Source: Lingula anatina (Eukaryota > Animalia > Brachiopoda). Taken from it: DNA of 64,000 nucleotides. The notes under the pieces are model-generated. The model saw only the letters and a list, made by a program, of their open reading frames with translations, was not told the origin of the DNA and searched no databases. A program made the position numbers and the translations under genes. Below, piece after piece: positions 1 through 11,005 of the stretch. How positions within the stretch are numbered: position 1 is the stretch's first letter; every line of letters begins with the position of its first letter. Location: NCBI GenBank assembly GCA_051362555.1, contig JBPQGU010000016.1, positions 3,224,001 through 3,288,000 on the forward strand, in the 5' to 3' direction.

Positions 1-3000
1 TCCACATTTTTTATGAATGACAGGTGTGGTAGATTGATTTTCATCACATTTCGGAAAAATTGGTGACGGGTCGTTTTTGGGTGATTTTGAGTGATTTTCA
101 TCAGGTCCGCGTACAGCAGATTTCTTCAATTTTGGCCAAAAAGGGAAGAAATTTTTTTTTCTTCATTTTAGTGACCGGTAGGTGTGTTGGGTCATTTGTA
201 GTAAGTATAAAGTACTGGAAGAGTGGTTGTGTCAATATTAAGGAAGAAAAAGAGCAAAAACTCTGGCCACCCCCCCCCCCTCCAGATCCTGTTTTCAGCT
301 GTGTTTTTGGCTATCTTTAAAGCTGGAATTGGGGGCTTTAATGAAGTGATCCGGGCGTGTTTCCACATTTTTTATGAATGACAGGTGTGGTAGATTGATT
401 TTCATCACATTTCGGAAAAATTGGTGACGGGTCGTTTTTGGGTGATTTTGAGTGATTTTCATCAGGTCCGCGTACAGCAGATTTCTTCAATTTTGGCCAA
501 AAAGGGAATAAATTTTTTTTTCTTCATTTTAGTGACCGGTAGGTGTGTTGGGTCATTTGTAGTAAGTATAAAGTACTGGAAGAGTGGTTGTGTCAATATT
601 AAGGAAGAAAAAGAGCAAAAACTCTGGCCACCCCCCCCCCCCCCTCCAGATCCTGTTTTCAGCTGTGTTTTTGGCTATCTTTAAAGCTGGAATTGGGGGC
701 TTTAATGAAGTGATCCGGGCGTGTTTCCACATTTTTTATGAATGACAGGTGTGGTAGATTGATTTTCATCACATTTCGGAAAAATTGGTGACGGGTCGTT
801 TTTGGGTGATTTTGAGTGATTTTCATCAGGTCCGCGTACAGCAGATTTCTTCAATTTTGGCCAAAAAGGGAAGAAATTTTTTTTCTTCATTTTAGTGACC
901 GGTAGGTGTGTTGGGTCATTTGTAGTAAGTATAAAGTACTGGAAGAGTGGTTGTGTCAATATTAAGGAAGAAAAAGAGCAAAAACTCTGGCCACCCCCCC
1001 CCCCTCCAGATCCTGTTTTCAGCTGTGTTTTTGGCTATCTTTAAAGCTGGAATTGGGGGCTTTAATGAAGTGATCCGGGCGTGTTTCCACATTTTTTATG
1101 AATGACAGGTGTGGTAGATTGATTTTCATCACATTTCGGAAAAATTGGTGACGGGTCGTTTTTGGGTGATTTTGAGTGATTTTCATCAGGTCCGCGTACA
1201 GCAGATTTCTTCAATTTTGGCCAAAAAGGGAAAAATTTTTTTTTCTTCATTTTAGTGACCGGTAGGTGTGTTGGGTCATTTGTAGTAAGTATAAAGTACT
1301 GGAAGAGTGGTTGTGTCAATATTAAGGAAGAAAAAGAGCAAAAACTCTGGCCACCCCCCCCCCCTCCAGATCCTGTTTTCAGCTGTGTTTTTGGCTATCT
1401 TTAAAGCTGGAATTGGGGGCTTTAATGAAGTGATCCGGGCGTGTTTCCACATTTTTTATGAATGACAGGTGTGGTAGATTGATTTTCATCACATTTCGGA
1501 AAAATTGGTGACGGGTCGTTTTTGGGTGATTTTGAGTGATTTTCATCAGGTCCGCGTACAGCAGATTTCTTCAATTTTGGCCAAAAAGGGAAGAAATTTT
1601 TTTTTCTTCATTTTAGTGACCGGTAGGTGTGTTGGGTCATTTGTAGTAAGTATAAAGTACTGGAAGAGTGGTTGTGTCAATATTAAGGAAGAAAAAGAGC
1701 AAAAACTCTGGCCACCCCCCCCCCCCCTCCAGATCCTGTTTTCAGCTGTGTTTTTGGCTATCTTTAAAGCTGGAATTGGGGGCTTTAATGAAGTGATCCG
1801 GGCGTGTTTCCACATTTTTTATGAATGACAGGTGTGGTAGATTGATTTTCATCACATTTCGGAAAAATTGGTGACGGGTCGTTTTTGGGTGATTTTGAGT
1901 GATTTTCATCAGGTCCGCGAACAGCAGATTTCTTCAATTTTGGCCAAAAAGGGAAGAAATTTTTTTTTCTTCATTTTAGTGACCGGTAGGTGTGTTGGGT
2001 CATTTGTAGTAAGTATAAAGTACTGGAAGAGTGGTTGTGTCAATATTAAGGAAGAAAAAGAGCAAAAACTCTGGCCACCCCCCCCCCCTACAGATCCTGT
2101 TTTCAGCTGTGTTTTTGGCTATCTTTAAAGCTGGAATTGGGGGCTTTAATGAAGTGATCCGGGCGTGTTTCCACATTTTTTATGAATGACAGGTGTGGTA
2201 GATTGATTTTCATCACATTTCGGAAAAATTGGTGACGGGTCGTTTTTGGGTGATTTTGAGTGATTTTCATCAGGTCCGCGTACAGCAGATTTCTTCAATT
2301 TTGGCCAAAAAGGGAAGAAATTTTTTTTTCTTCATTTTAGTGACCGGTAGGTGTGTTGGGTCATTTGTAGTAAGTATAAAGTACTGGAAGAGTGGTTGTG
2401 TCAATATTAAGGAAGAAAAAGAGCAAAAACTCTGGCCACCCCCCCCCCCTCCAGATCCTGTTTTCAGCTGTGTTTTTGGCTATCTTTAAAGCTGGAATTG
2501 GGGGCTTTAATGAAGTGATCCGGGCGTGTTTCCACATTTTTTATGAATGACAGGTGTGGTAGATTGATTTTCATCACATTTCGGAAAAATTGGTGACGGG
2601 TCGTTTTTGGGTGATTTTGAGTGATTTTCATCAGGTCCGCGTACAGCAGATTTCTTCAATTTTGGCCAAAAAGGGAAGAAATTTTTTTTTCTTCATTTTA
2701 GTGACCGGTAGGTGTGTTGGGTCATTTGTAGTAAGTATAAAGTACTGGAAGAGTGGTTGTGTCAATATTAAGGAAGAAAAAGAGCAAAAACTCTGGCCAC
2801 CCCCCCCCCCCTCCAGATCCTGTTTTCAGCTGTGTTTTTGGCTATCTTTAAAGCTGGAATTGGGGGCTTTAATGAAGTGATCCGGGCGTGTTTCCACATT
2901 TTTTATGAATGACAGGTGTGGTAGATTGATTTTCATCACATTTCGGAAAAATTGGTGACGGGTCGTTTTTGGGTGATTTTGAGTGATTTTCATCAGGTCC

Positions 3001-4033
3001 GCGAACAGCAGATTTCTTCAATTTTGGCCAAAAAGGGAAGAAATTTTTTTTTCTTCATTTTAGTGACCGGTAGGTGTGTTGGGTCATTTGTAGTAAGTAT
3101 AAAGTACTGGAAGAGTGGTTGTGTCAATATTAAGGAAGAAAAAGAGCAAAAACTCTGGCCACCCCCCCCCCCCCTCCAGATCCTGTTTTCAGCTGTGTTT
3201 TTGGCTATCTTTAAAGCTGGAATTGGGGGCTTTAATGAAGTGATCCGGGCGTGTTTCCACATTTTTTATGAATGACAGGTGTGGTAGATTGATTTTCATC
3301 ACATTTCGGAAAAATTGGTGACGGGTCGTTTTTGGGTGATTTTGAGTGATTTTCATCAGGTCCGCGTACAGCAGATTTCTTCAATTTTGGCCAAAAAGGG
3401 AAGAAATTTTTTTTCTTCATTTTAGTGACCGGTAGGTGTGTTGGGTCATTTGTAGTAAGTATAAAGTACTGGAAGAGTGGTTGTGTCAATATTAAGGAAG
3501 AAAAAGAGCAAAAACTCTGGCCACCCCCCCCCCTCCAGATCCTGTTTTCAGCTGTGTTTTTGGCTATCTTTAAAGCTGGAATTGGGGGCTTTAATGAAGT
3601 GATCCGGGCGTGTTTCCACATTTTTTATGAATGACAGGTGTGGTAGATTGATTTTCATCACATTTCGGAAAAATTGGTGACGGGTCGTTTTTGGGTGATT
3701 TTGAGTGATTTTCATCAGGTCTGCGTACAGCAGATTTCTTCAATTTTGGCCAAAAAGGGAAGAAATTTTTTTTTCTTCATTTTAGTGACCGGTAGGTGTG
3801 TTGGGTCATTTGTAGTAAGTATAAAGTACTGGAAGAGTGGTTGTGTCAATATTAAGGAAGAAAAAGAGCAAAAACTCTGGCCACCCCCCCCCCTCCAGAT
3901 CCTGTTTTCAGCTGTGTTTTTGGCTATCTTTAAAGCTGGAATTGGGGGCTTTAATGAAGTGATCCGGGCGTGTTTCCACATTTTTTATGAATGACAGGTG
4001 TGGTAGATTGATTTTCATCACATTTCGGAAAAA

Positions 4034-4377
4034 TTGGTGACGGGTCGTTTTTGGGTGATTTTGAGTGATTTTCATCAGGTCCGCGTACAGCAGATTTTTT
4101 TTTTTAAATTTTTTTTTCTTCATTTTAGTGACCGGTAGGTGTGTTGGGTCATTTGTAGTAAGTATAAAGTACTGGAAGAGTGGTTGTGTCAATATTAAGG
4201 AAGAAAAAGAGCAAAAAATCTGGCCACCCCCCCCCCCTCCAGATCCGGTTTTCAGCTGTGTTTTTGGCTATCTTTAAAGCTGGAATTGGGGGCTTTAATG
4301 AAGTGATCCGGGCGTGTTTCCACATTTTTTATGAATGACAGGTGTGGTAGATTGATTTTCATCACATTTCGGAAAAA
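4034..4377 (-). repeat. Short (~344 bp) variant A monomer; also at ~6550 and ~8348
   Basis: tttcttcaattttggccaaaaagggaag is replaced by a T11-12 run (4095-4105, 6611-6622, 8409-8419). All three copies also carry the linked variants aaaaaatctgg and gatccggttt. Confidence 0.93.
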
Positions 4378-6549
4378 TTGGTGACGGGTCGTTTTTGGGT
4401 GATTTTGAGTGATTTTCATCAGGTCCGCGTACAGCAGATTTCTTCAATTTTGGCCAAAAAGGGAAGAAATTTTTTTTTCTTCATTTTAGTGACCGGTAGG
4501 TGTGTTGGGTCATTTGTAGTAAGTATAAAGTACTGGAAGAGTGGTTGTGTCAATATTAAGGAAGAAAAAGAGCAAAAACTCTGGCCACCCCCCCCCCCCT
4601 CCAGATCCTGTTTTCAGCTGTGTTTTTGGCTATCTTTAAAGCTGGAATTGGGGGCTTTAATGAAGTGATCCGGGCGTGTTTCCACATTTTTTATGAATGA
4701 CAGGTGTGGTAGATTGATTTTCATCACATTTCGGAAAAATTGGTGACGGGTCGTTTTTGGGTGATTTTGAGTGATTTTCATCAGGTCCGCGTACAGCAGA
4801 TTTCTTCAATTTTGGCCAAAAAGGGAAGAAATTTTTTTTTCTTCATTTTAGTGACCGGTAGGTGTGTTGGGTCATTTGTAGTAAGTATAAAGTACTGGAA
4901 GAGTGGTTGTGTCAATATTAAGGAAGAAAAAGAGCAAAAACTCTGGCCACCCCCCCCCCCCTCCAGATCCTGTTTTCAGCTGTGTTTTTGGCTATCTTTA
5001 AAGCTGGAATTGGGGGCTTTAATGAAGTGATCCGGGCGTGTTTCCACATTTTTTATGAATGACAGGTGTGGTAGATTGATTTTCATCACATTTCGGAAAA
5101 ATTGGTGACGGGTCGTTTTTGGGTGATTTTGAGTGATTTTCATCAGGTCCGCGAACAGCAGATTTCTTCAATTTTGGCCAAAAAGGGAAGAAATTTTTTT
5201 TTCTTCATTTTAGTGACCGGTAGGTGTGTTGGGTCATTTGTAGTAAGTATAAAGTACTGGAAGAGTGGTTGTGTCAATATTAAGGAAGAAAAAGAGCAAA
5301 AACTCTGGCCACCCCCCCCCCCCCTACAGATCCTGTTTTCAGCTGTGTTTTTGGCTATCTTTAAAGCTGGAATTGGGGGCTTTAATGAAGTGATCCGGGC
5401 GTGTTTCCACATTTTTTATGAATGACAGGTGTGGTAGATTGATTTTCATCACATTTCGGAAAAATTGGTGACGGGTCGTTTTTGGGTGATTTTGAGTGAT
5501 TTTCATCAGGTCCGCGTACAGCAGATTTCTTCAATTTTGGCCAAAAAGGGAAGAAATTTTTTTTTCTTCATTTTAGTGACCGGTAGGTGTGTTGGGTCAT
5601 TTGTAGTAAGTATAAAGTACTGGAAGAGTGGTTGTGTCAATATTAAGGAAGAAAAAGAGCAAAAACTCTGGCCACCCCCCCCCCTCCAGATCCTGTTTTC
5701 AGCTGTGTTTTTGGCTATCTTTAAAGCTGGAATTGGGGGCTTTAATGAAGTGATCCGGGCGTGTTTCCACATTTTTTATGAATGACAGGTGTGGTAGATT
5801 GATTTTCATCACATTTCGGAAAAATTGGTGACGGGTCGTTTTTTGGGTGATTTTGAGTGATTTTCATCAGGTCCGCGTACAGCAGATTTCTTCAATTTGG
5901 CCAAAAAGGGAAGAAATTTTTTTTTCTTCATTTTAGTGACCGGTAGGTGTGTTGGGTCATTTGTAGTAAGTATAAAGTACTGGAAGAGTGGTTGTGTCAA
6001 TATTAAGGAAGAAAAAGAGCAAAAACTCTGGCCACCCCCCCCCCCCCCTCCAGATCCTGTTTTCAGCTGTGTTTTTGGCTATCTTTAAAGCTGGAATTGG
6101 GGGCTTTAATGAAGTGATCCGGGCGTGTTTCCACATTTTTTATGAATGACAGGTGTGGTAGATTGATTTTCATCACATTTCGGAAAAATTGGTGACGGGT
6201 CGTTTTTGGGGTGATTTTGAGTGATTTTCATCAGGTCCGCGAACAGCAGATTTCTTCAATTTTGGCCAAAAAGGGAAGAAATTTTTTTCTCTTCATTTTA
6301 GTGACCGGTAGGTGTGTTGGGTCATTTGTAGTAAGTATAAAGTACTGGAAGAGTGGTTGTGTCAATATTAAGGAAGAAAAAGAGCAAAAACTCTGGCCAC
6401 CCCCCCCCCTCCAGATCCTGTTTTCAGCTGTGTTTTTGGCTATCTTTAAAGCTGGAATTGGGGGCTTTAATGAAGTGATCCGGGCGTGTTTCCACATTTT
6501 TTATGAATGACAGGTGTGGTAGATTGATTTTCATCACATTTCGGAAAAA

Positions 6550-9500
6550 TTGGTGACGGGTCGTTTTTGGGTGATTTTGAGTGATTTTCATCAGGTCCGC
6601 GTACAGCAGATTTTTTTTTTTTAATTTTTTTTTCTTCATTTTAGTGACCGGTAGGTGTGTTGGGTCATTTGTAGTAAGTATAAAGTACTGGAAGAGTGGT
6701 TGTGTCAATATTAAGGAAGAAAAAGAGCAAAAAATCTGGCCACCCCCCCCCCCCCCCTCCAGATCCGGTTTTCAGCTGTGTTTTTGGCTATCTTTAAAGC
6801 TGGAATTGGGGGCTTTAATGAAGTGATCCGGGCGTGTTTCCACATTTTTTATGAATGACAGGTGTGGTAGATTGATTTTCATCACATTTCGGAAAAATTG
6901 GTGACGGGTCGTTTTTGGGTGATTTTGAGTGATTTTCATCAGGTCCGCGTACAGCAGATTTCTTCAATTTTGGCCAAAAAGGGAAGAAATTTTTTTTTTC
7001 TTCATTTTAGTGACCGGTAGGTGTGTTGGGTCATTTGTAGTAAGTATAAAGTACTGGAAGAGTGGTTGTGTCAATATTAAGGAAGAAAAAGAGCAAAAAC
7101 TCTGGCCACCCCCCCCCCCTCCAGATCCTGTTTTCAGCTGTGTTTTTGGCTATCTTTAAAGCTGGAATTGGGGGCTTTAATGAAGTGATCCGGGCGTGTT
7201 TCCACATTTTTTATGAATGACAGGTGTGGTAGATTGATTTTCATCACATTTCGGAAAAATTGGTGACGGGTCGTTTTTGGGTGATTTTGAGTGATTTTCA
7301 TCAGGTCCGCGTACAGCAGATTTCTTCAATTTTGGCCAAAAAGGGAAGAAATTTTTTTTTCTTCATTTTAGTGACCGGTAGGTGTGTTGGGTCATTTGTA
7401 GTAAGTATAAAGTACTGGAAGAGTGGTTGTGTCAATATTAAGGAAGAAAAAGAGCAAAAACTCTGGCCACCCCCCACCCCCCCTCCAGATCCTGTTTTCA
7501 GCTGTGTTTTTGGCTATCTTTAAAGCTGGAATTGGGGGCTTTAATGAAGTGATCCGGGCGTGTTTCCACATTTTTTATGAATGACAGGTGTGGTAGATTG
7601 ATTTTCATCACATTTCGGAAAAATTGGTGACGGGTCGTTTTTGGGTGATTTTGAGTGATTTTCATCAGGTCCGCGTACAGCAGATTTCTTCAATTTTGGC
7701 CAAAAAGGGAAGAAATTTTTTTTTCTTCATTTTAGTGACCAGTAGGTGTGTTGGGTCATTTGTAGTGAGTATAAAGTACTGGAAGAGTGGTTGTGTCAAT
7801 ATTAAGGAAGAAAAAGAGCAAAAACTCTGGCCACCCCCCACCCCCCTCCAGATCCTGTTTTCAGCTGTGTTTTTGGCTATCTTTAAAGCTGGAATTGGGG
7901 GCTTTAATGAAGTGATCCGGGCGTGTTTCCACATTTTTTATGAATGACAGGTGTGGTAGATTGATTTTCATCACATTTCGGAAAAATTGGTGACGGGTCG
8001 TTTTTGGGTGATTTTGAGTGATTTTCATCAGGTCTGCGTACAGCAGATTTCTTCAATTTTGGCCAAAAAGGGAAGAAATTTTTTTTTCTTCATTTTAGTG
8101 ACCGGTAGGTGTGTTGGGTCATTTGTAGTAAGTATAAAGTACTGGAAGAGTGGTTGTGTCAATATTAAGGAAGAAAAAGAGCAAAAACTCTGGCCACCCC
8201 CCCCCCCTCCAGATCCTGTTTTCAGCTGTGTTTTTGGCTATCTTTAAAGCTGGAATTGGGGGCTTTAATGAAGTGATCCGGGCGTGTTTCCACATTTTTT
8301 ATGAATGACAGGTGTGGTAGATTGATTTTCATCACATTTCGGAAAAATTGGTGACGGGTCGTTTTTGGGTGATTTTGAGTGATTTTCATCAGGTCCGCGT
8401 ACAGCAGATTTTTTTTTTTGAATTTTTTTTTCTTCATTTTAGTGACCGGTAGGTGTGTTGGGTCATTTGTAGTAAGTATAAAGTACTGGAAGAGTGGTTG
8501 TGTCAATATTAAGGAAGAAAAAGAGCAAAAAATCTGGCCACCCCCCCCCCCCCCTCCAGATCCGGTTTTCAGCTGTGTTTTTGGCTATCTTTAAAGCTGG
8601 AATTGGGGGCTTTAATGAAGTGATCCGGGCGTGTTTCCACATTTTTTATGAATGACAGGTGTGGTAGATTGATTTTCATCACATTTCGGAAAAATTGGTG
8701 ACGGGTCGTTTTTGGGTGATTTTGAGTGATTTTCATCAGGTCCGCGTACAGCAGATTTCTTCAATTTTGGCCAAAAAGGGAAGAAATTTTTTTTCTTCAT
8801 TTTAGTGACCGGTAGGTGTGTTGGGTCATTTGTAGTAAGTATAAAGTACTGGAAGAGTGGTTGTGTCAATATTAAGGAAGAAAAAGAGCAAAAACTCTGG
8901 CCACCCCCCCCCCCCTCCAGATCCTGTTTTCAGCTGTGTTTTTGGCTATCTTTAAAGCTGGAATTGGGGGCTTTAATGAAGTGATCCGGGCGTGTTTCCA
9001 CATTTTTTATGAATGACAGGTGTGGTAGATTGATTTTCATCACATTTCGGAAAAATTGGTGACGGGTCGTTTTTGGGTGATTTTGAGTGATTTTCATCAG
9101 GTCCGCGTACAGCAGATTTCTTCAATTTTGGCCAAAAAGGGAAGAAATTTTTTTTTCTTCATTTTAGTGACCGGTAGGTGTGTTGGGTCATTTGTAGTAA
9201 GTATAAAGTACTGGAAGAGTGGTTGTGTCAATATTAAGGAAGAAAAAGAGCAAAAACTCTGGCCACCCCCCACCCCCCCTCCAGATCCTGTTTTCAGCTG
9301 TGTTTTTGGCTATCTTTAAAGCTGGAATTGGGGGCTTTAATGAAGTGATCCGGGCGTGTTTCCACATTTTTTATGAATGACAGGTGTGGTAGATTGATTT
9401 TCATCACATTTCGGAAAAATTGGTGACGGGTCGTTTTTGGGTGATTTTGAGTGATTTTCATCAGGTCCGCGTACAGCAGATTTCTTCAATTTTGGCCAAA

Positions 9501-9782
9501 AAGGGAAGAAATTTTTTTTTCTTCATTTTAGTGACCAGTAGGTGTGTTGGGTCATTTGTAGTGAGTATAAAGTACTGGAAGAGTGGTTGTGTCAATATTA
9601 AGGAAGAAAAAGAGCAAAAACTCTGGCCACCCCCCACCCCCCTCCAGATCCTGTTTTCAGCTGTGTTTTTGGCTATCTTTAAAGCTGGAATTGGGGGCTT
9701 TAATGAAGTGATCCGGGCGTGTTTCCACATTTTTTATGAATGACAGGTGTGGTAGATTGATTTTCATCACATTTCGGAAAAA
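6550..9782 (-). repeat. Local duplication in subfamily A at 5-monomer offset (~1,796 bp)
   Basis: Short monomer at 6550/8348, interrupted C-run monomer at 7260/9056, and accAgta + gtGagt monomer at 7624/9420. Confidence 0.88.
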
Positions 9783-9850
9783 TTGGTGACGGGTCGTTTT
9801 TGGGTGATTTTGAGTGATTTTCATCAGGTCCGCGTACAGCAGATTTCTTC

Positions 9851-9863
9851 AATTTTGAACAGG
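9851..9863. other. Orientation switch (inversion junction) between satellite subfamilies A and B
   Basis: A reads ...cagatttcttcaattttG|gccaaaa and B reads cctga|Gaacaggatttgg. The observed sequence is ...caattttGaacagg..., so G9857 is shared (1-bp microhomology) and no bases are inserted. Confidence 0.96.
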
Positions 9864-10952
9864 ATTTGGAGAGAGGGGGGGTGGAGAGAGTTTTTGCTCT
9901 ATTTCTTCCTTAATAATGACACAACCACTCTTCCAGCACTTTATTCTGACTACAAATGACCAAACACACCTACCAGACACTATAATGAAGAAAAAAATTT
10001 TTCAACCCTACCTGGCCAAAATTGAAGAAAACTGCCATATCCGGACCTTACGAAAATCACTCAAAATCACCAAAAAATGACCCGTCACCAAATTTTCCAA
10101 AAAGTGATGAAAATCAATCTACCACACCTGTCATTCATAAAAAATGTGGAAACGCGCCCGGATCACTTTATTAAAGCCCCCAATTTCAGCTTTAAAGATG
10201 GCCAAAAAGCACACCTGAGAACAGGATTTGGAGAGAGGGGGGGTGGAGAGAGTTTTTGCTCTATTTCTTCCTTAATAATGACACAACCACTCTTCCAGCA
10301 CTTTTTCTGACTACAAATGACCAAACACACCTACCAGACACTATAATGAAGAAAAAAATTTGTCAACCCTACCTGGCCAAAATTGAAGAAAACTGCCATA
10401 TCCGGACCTTACGAAAATCACTCAAAATCACCCAAAAATGACCCGTCACCAAATTTTCCAAAAAGTGATGAAAATCAATCTACCACACCTGTCATTCATA
10501 AAAAATGTGGAAACGCGCCCGGATCACTTCATTAAAGCCCCCAATTTCAGCTTTAAAGATGGCCAAAAAGCACACCTGAGAACAGGATTTGGAGAGAGGG
10601 GGGGTGGAGAGAGTTTTTGCTCTATTTCTTCCTTAATAATGACACAACCACTCTTCCAGCACTTTATTCTGACTACAAATGACCAAACACACCTACCAGA
10701 CACTATAATGAAGAAAAAAATTTTTCAACCCTACCTGGCCAAAATTGAAGAAAACTGCCATATCCGGACCTTACGAAAATCACTCAAAATCACCCAAAAA
10801 TGACCCGTCACCAAATTTTCCAAAAAGTGATGAAAATCAATCTACCACACCTGTCATTCATAAAAAATGTGGAAACGCGCCCGGATCACTTCATTAAAGC
10901 CCCCAATTTCAGCTTTAAAGATGGCCAAAAAGCACAACTGAGAACAGGATTT

Positions 10953-11005
10953 GGAGAGAGGGGGGGTGGAGAGAGGGGGGGTGGAGAGAGGGGGGGTGGA
11001 GAGAG
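10953..11005 (+). repeat. Triplicated 15-bp unit (GGAGAGAGGGGGGGT)x3 inside a B monomer; also at 13881-13933 and 59546-59598
   Basis: Read directly. Normal monomers have one copy flanked by TGGAGAGAG direct repeats. Confidence 0.95.

Larger units (their letters stand above)
1..9857 (-). repeat. Tandem satellite array, subfamily A (~361 bp monomer, ~27 copies), inverted relative to subfamily B
   Basis: The same unit recurs every ~360-364 bp (e.g. 60-420, 421-783). Length variation comes mainly from a poly-C run. Its reverse complement aligns end to end with the subfamily B monomer with ~38 differences by manual alignment. The array is cut by the left window edge. Strand is a convention relative to B. 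Confidence 0.98.

Noticed and set aside
9857-10017. Sequencing fold-back chimera or transposon terminal inverted repeats at the orientation switch
   Set aside because: The arms differ at ~10% fixed sites, which a fold-back would not produce. There is no internal element, transposase or target-site duplication.
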